A program made the translations under genes and the position numbers. From contig MU057887.1 of the NCBI GenBank assembly GCA_013265495.1, forward strand, positions 135,985 through 199,984: 64,000 nt of DNA, given 5' to 3'. Below are positions 59,089 to 64,000 of this stretch, in pieces (within the stretch, counting starts at the first letter, position 1; every line of letters starts with the position of its first letter). The DNA comes from Vicugna vicugna. Taxonomy: Eukaryota. The notes beneath the pieces are model-generated. The model made no database searches, was not told where the DNA came from, and saw only the letters and a program-made list of their open reading frames with translations.

Positions 59089-60873
59089 CTGGAAGACGAG
59101 GCGGAGGGTGAGGGGGACGGGGCTGGAGGGCCCAGGGCGGGCGGGGCTGGGTGTGTCTGCCCCCAGAAGGGTGCGGGAGCTAGGATGGTGGTGGGATCCC
59201 AGAGGCAGGAGGAGGCCTGCACCCCCCCCTCTAGTCCGGGGGTGCTCACTCTGAGGGGCTTTGGCGATCCTGGGGGCATGGAGAAGGGCGAGGGGAGTCA
59301 GGCCCACTCAGCACGGCGGAGAGCAGCCCTCCCCGGCAGTCCTCGCGGCGCCCACGCAGCGTTTGGTTGGACTGAAACGCCTGCAGCTGAGAAGTCAAAG
59401 ATTGACTTCTGCTGGCTGGCCGCTCCCTGGGCCGGAATCTCCCCCTTGTGTGAATCAATTATTTATTTGGGGGGCAATGAATTGGGAAAGCATTGCTATC
59501 TTTTTCATGGACCTGGGCAAAAGAATTCACCAGGAGCAGCCCTGGGTCTGGCTTCAGCCAGGAGTAGCTTGTTTTTTCGCCCAAAGAACATGTAGCGACT
59601 TGTGAAGGTGAAACTCCTCAGCGGTCACAGGAAATGCACCCCATTTCTCTGCCGGCTGAGGGGGAAGTACTTTGTTCTTCTTTGAATCATAATTTTGAAA
59701 CCCCAGAATTCTCTGGGTGGAAAAAAATGTTCTCTTTTTATATTTACAGAAAGAAAACATTAAGATCCCCAACAGAAAAAAAGGGGGAAGAATATCCTAA
59801 AATGAGTCACACAGGAGACAGGATTCTTGAAAAGTGCTGGGAAACCTTCGAGCTCAATACTAACCAATTCAGCTTTCAACAACCAGCATCTGTTTGCATG
59901 GACTGAATGAGCAAAAAACCTTTCAAAATGACCACCCCGAATGCTAGTGAGGGTGCAGTGAAGCAGGCACACTCATCCCGCAGGCGTCTGCTAAGCGCCC
60001 GCTCTGGACCCGGTGCTGCTGACTGGCCCTCTGCTCCTCCCGGGACCTCGCCATGTGACCCTGGCCGGCGGTAACTCCTTCGGCGTGGAGAACCCCTGGG
60101 GACGCTGCCCACGAGTGGGAGCACAAAAGCATACTCCCAGAAATACACTGAGCGCAATACATGCGGCTGCGTGAAAGCAGCTGACACTCAGGCTAGCAGG
60201 TGGAAGGGACACCGGCCGTGAGCAAGAGTGGGACAGCCTGGTGGACCCTGAACTGAGAGTAGAGAAAGAAAGACCAAAGAGAGGAGATGGCATCGCCCAC
60301 GCGGCACCAGAAGCCTCACACAGCCACCAAGGCGCTCGGAGGAAAGCAGGAAGGGTCTCAGCTCTAAATCTCGGCAAGAAATCACTGATTTTTCCATTCA
60401 GGCACCGGGGGTCCAAAAAAGTCCTGGCTGACGTCCCTCCATCAGCGGGGACCAGGCTTCAGTACTGGGGCCTCGTCCGGGCACCCGCTTGGCCACACAC
60501 GTTATTAGTTAATTCACCATCCCAACGATAATTCATTCACCGACCAATCATTCTTCTTCCACGGGCATTAATTCATTCAGCTGCACATTCTGCCCATCAC
60601 ACGCTCATTCGCTTGTACCCCCGTCACTCCCACACCGGTTCATTCCCCTGCTCACTCATTCAGTCGTTCACTGTCCCCTCCATTCATTCATTCATGCACT
60701 GGTCCTTTCACTAGTTGCTCTTTCACACTCCATTTATTTGCTCATCTGTTCACACTCCATTCATTCATTTGACCACCTGATGGTTCTGCCACCCGGTCAT
60801 TCATTCTGCCCGGGGCCTCATTCCTCTGGTCCTTCCCGGGCCAGTGCCTCCCATGGGTGTGGGTGCCCCTCAC

Positions 60874-61224
60874 CTTGTTGTCGGCACTAATGAGGAGGGG
60901 CTGGACTTTGATGCTGTCGCTGACCACGGACACGGCGGTGCTGGGGGCCATGGCGGCGGCATTGCTGGGGGCGGTGGAGATGATGGCGTAGGCCACACCG
61001 GCGCTGCTCAGTGGGGAGGTGATGGCGGCGGCCTCGGCCAGGGCCTGGGGCTGGCTGCTGGGCGTTGGCACATGGCTCACGGTGTTGTTGGCAGTGGGGA
61101 GGGCTGGGCTGGGGTTCTTGATGCTGACCACGGTGGCCTTCTGGAATGTTGGGGGCTGCTTGGGGGGCCGGTCCCGGCCTGGGGTGACGGGGAGGCTGTC
61201 TGGAATCAGAGTCTTTGGCCTAAC
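60874..61224 (-). CDS. PHF21B: PHF21B exon ([13 protein letters not shown]...[12 protein letters not shown])
   Basis: ctccag|GTT...AAG|gtgagg; 351 nt, phase 0-0. Confidence 0.95.
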
Positions 61225-63971
61225 CTGGAGAGGGAGGGACAGTTGCGTGGTCAGACAGACGCACAAACAGGGTGATGACATGCAGCCCCGAGCAGAGCCA
61301 GGACTCAGGAAGAATCCAGAGCACAGGCTTGGACACGACCTGGCTCAGACACCCCCATGTTCGAGGAGAGGGGACGGCAGTTGCGAAGCCGTGGTGCCAC
61401 CAAGGTTGCCCGGGTCCTGGACTGGCACCGACCGGCCTGAGGGCTCTGGTCTCCAGTAACCTGAGTGGAGGGAGAGGTCTAAGGTGGTTTCCGCAGGGCT
61501 CCGTGACCTCAGGAGGTCCCCTCAGTCAGGCGGGCACCTTGTCTGTAAGTTCCCTGCAGGGCTGGTCTTTATTCAGGTGGCCTTTCCTCCTCCACCACGG
61601 CGGGCCCTCAGCACAGCAGGCCTGCCTTCTAAGCACAGAACCGACATCCCCACCACCAGAGGACGCGCAGAGGCCGGGGTGAAGGCCTCATGCCTGCCCT
61701 GGGGGTGGCCAGCCTGGGGTCGGACAAGCCTGTCCCGCTCTGACCTTGACACAAGTGGTCAGGGCCTCTGATCCCCAGACACCAGGCTCGGAGCTGGACA
61801 CAGACATTGATACCGAAAGTGGAAAACAGAAAGAATTCCTCTGGTCCTCACCAGGCCGTGGCTGCAGACGGTCACCAGCTCGGGGACTGCTCTGCTCTGG
61901 ACCAGAGTGGGGCAGGTGGGGTGGGTGGTGGTCAGCGAGGACCCCAGCTGTGATCCCGGCTCACATCCCAGGGAGCCAGCCTGCACTCTGTCAGCCCCTC
62001 CCCATCATTCAAGGTTTGCCCACGTGTTCTGGTTCACACTGGCCAGCCAACAGTACACCATCCGGACTCTCAATGTGGGTCAGCTGGCCCCAGGCCACCG
62101 GGGCCAGACTCTGAACATAAGCTTAGCCAGAGGCTCAAGATTTGGCTCAAACATGTGGGCCTTCAACCCAGAGAAACACATTCGAGAGACCCCAGAGCTC
62201 AGGACCTTTTGCTGGTGCTACCTGGCCCCAGGCCCGGTCCTCCTCCCAAAGGAGCCTCCAGGGGTCCTCCCCGCCCTCCACGCGCCTTCCTTTCTCTGGG
62301 TCTGGGGTCGGGCCCCATGCAGGCTGCCTCTCCTGCTCCCCACGTGGCTTCTGGCAACAGCAGCGGCCAGCAGCCAAGCTGGTGGGCACCTTTTGGCCTG
62401 AGCTGACCCACCTGGAGGCCACCGAGTCAATGGCAGGTCCAGACGTGTGTTGGGAGGATGCAAGGGCAACACATGCGATCAAAGTCCCAGAGCAGCAAGG
62501 GGAGATGAAGGCTCAGGAAAGGTGCAGAGGCCGAGCTGAGTGGCTACGTGAAGATGGCTCATGCCTGCGTATTTTGTGTTTAGCTGTGCGCGTCCGTGTG
62601 CGGCATGTGTGTGCACGTGTGTGTTTGCAGTGCACACGCTGGCATGGAGGGAGGGGCGGGCCTTGGACTTTCACAGCTGAGGGGGGCACATGAGAGTGAC
62701 AGCTCCTAGGGACACAGCACTGACCTTGGTCAGAAGCCTCTCCCTGGAGGCCCAGTCCTGACTGTCCCTTGCCCAAACACCTTCCATAGCTCCCCATTGC
62801 CAGCAAGTCACTGACAACCAAAGCTCAACTCCATGACTCAACATGGGAGGCCCCCAAAGGCCCACGTCTCCACCTCTGTGCCTGCTCCCGCCTCCCCCTC
62901 CAGTGCTGCGAGGCCCGCGGTTCCAGCCTCCCACTGCCATCTGCCTGCAGTTCTCACCGGGATGCCCGTTCCCTGGGGCCTGCCTCCACCTTGGACTGCC
63001 AAGACTGTCCACCCTCAGAGGCCTGCTTCAAGCACCACCTCCTCCAGGAAGGCCTCCCTGACCCCCAAGTAGGCATGGGCCTCTGCAGGGCTCTCAGAGC
63101 TCCTGGGAATCCTTCTGACTCAGCCCAGTCACTCTGGGTTCGTCTGATTCCTCATCTGCCCCCTCCTGGAATCTGAGCCTCTTAGGGGCAGGACCTGTCA
63201 AGTTCAACCCAGGCAGGCCCTCAGCGAGTGAGGCTGCTGTGAGGACAAGAGGGCCAGGGCAGCCCCTCCCTGTCCCCGAGTTGGGGGCCTCTGCCCAGCC
63301 CTGTGGCCCCAGGACAGGCAGGAGCCGTGGTCACCTGTGCAGCCGGCAGCCCCTGGCAGCTCAGCGGCAGGTGCCCCACGGAGCTGAGCACCGGGTGGTA
63401 ACCCTCGGGCTTCTGCTCCGGGCCGGGCGCCACAGTAAAGGCTTTGTGCCGCCCAGTTCTGTCCTCACGGCCCCCAGGAGGCACCAGCATCCCCCCCCCA
63501 TTGGCAGACAGGCCGACTTGGCCAGGAAGGTTAACAGGCCAGGCGACTTGTCCGAAGTGCGGAGCCCAGTCAGGGGGCCCCGGCCCAGCGTCTGTGCCGT
63601 CTCCCAGAGGGCACCGCTTGTGACCCACACTCAGAAGTCTTCATGACACGTGACCCAGTCCAGGAACAAACTGCTCACGAAACAATGCTTATGGTGTCTC
63701 TTGGTATTTTCTCTTCTGTTCTAGTCCAGCCTGGCTTATGTCATTAAAAAGAATTCCGGTCATAACTCACTAAATCGACTCACAGCTCCTCCCGGTGTGG
63801 AAACCGCGTGTGGTGCAAATGTCTCCTCTGAAGGATGGGCAAAAGAGACGGGGGGGGGGGAACTCCCACGTGGGTCACGCCCAGCTCAGTGCCCACCTAA
63901 AACCTCAGTGCTGAGGGGCCGCGGATGGACAGACAGACAGACACCCCGGGGCCTGCCCGTGGGTGGCTTAC

Positions 63972-64000
63972 CTGAGGTAGCACTGCCGCTCCTTGCCCGG
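63972..64000 (-). CDS. PHF21B: PHF21B exon, truncated by the window edge (..GQGAAVLPQ)
   Basis: Minus strand ...CTACCTCAG|gtaagc donor, phase 0, in frame with the next exon. Confidence 0.88.

Larger units (their letters stand above)
40640..64000 (-). other. PHF21B: PHF21B gene span, 3' part (5' exons lie beyond the window end)
   Basis: Eleven GT-AG exons splice in frame to a protein with a C4HC3 PHD finger and C-terminal coiled coil, recognised as PHF21B. Confidence 0.96.

Noticed and set aside
58864..59595. 243-aa plus-strand ORF antisense to a PHF21B exon
   Set aside because: Non-ATG start; it is the antisense shadow of a coding exon in CpG-rich DNA.
60520..60810. Repetitive (ATTC/CATT)n-like stretch as a possible structured array
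   Set aside because: Degenerate tetranucleotide repeat like those from L2 tails; no repeat-spacer organisation.
1..64000. Hundreds of 60-260 aa ORFs in the six-frame track
   Set aside because: Expected in GC-rich DNA. Many begin at GTG/TTG, are Pro/Gly/Arg/Ala-rich and have no recognisable domain. Only the spliced exon portions are supported.
1..64000. CRISPR arrays, operons, defence systems, or a foreign/viral coding insertion
   Set aside because: None seen. There are no regularly spaced direct repeats and no long intronless ORF with non-host character; the LTRs are solo, without gag/pol/env.

Overview
Mammalian genomic DNA, GC- and CpG-rich, with one 81-N assembly gap. It is probably camelid, inferred from a tRNA-derived SINE family and an artiodactyl-type Tigger1 derivative. 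The window holds the 3' parts of two convergent spliced genes. ARHGAP8 (BPGAP1; BCH domain, Pro-rich linker, RhoGAP) lies on + as 8 coding exons, 2977-25898. PHF21B (PHD finger, coiled coil) lies on - as 11 coding exons, 64000-42581, with a ~1.9 kb 3' UTR. All introns are GT-AG and both genes splice to one open frame (326 and 427 complete in-window codons before the stop). The rest is intron or intergenic DNA full of old L1, MaLR/ERV1 LTRs, hAT/Tigger elements, MIR/L2 and six younger SINEs. Almost all ORFs in the supplied track are chance ORFs. I found no evidence of a new biological system. The best second-look items are a 23-nt PHF21B microexon resembling the neuronal PHF21A microexon, a three-level L1>Tigger>SINE nesting, a PPVPPR motif in the ARHGAP8 tail, an intact MER53 hairpin, CTCF-like sites and several enhancer-like islands. 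Human protein comparisons and repeat family names come from memory and were not database-checked.
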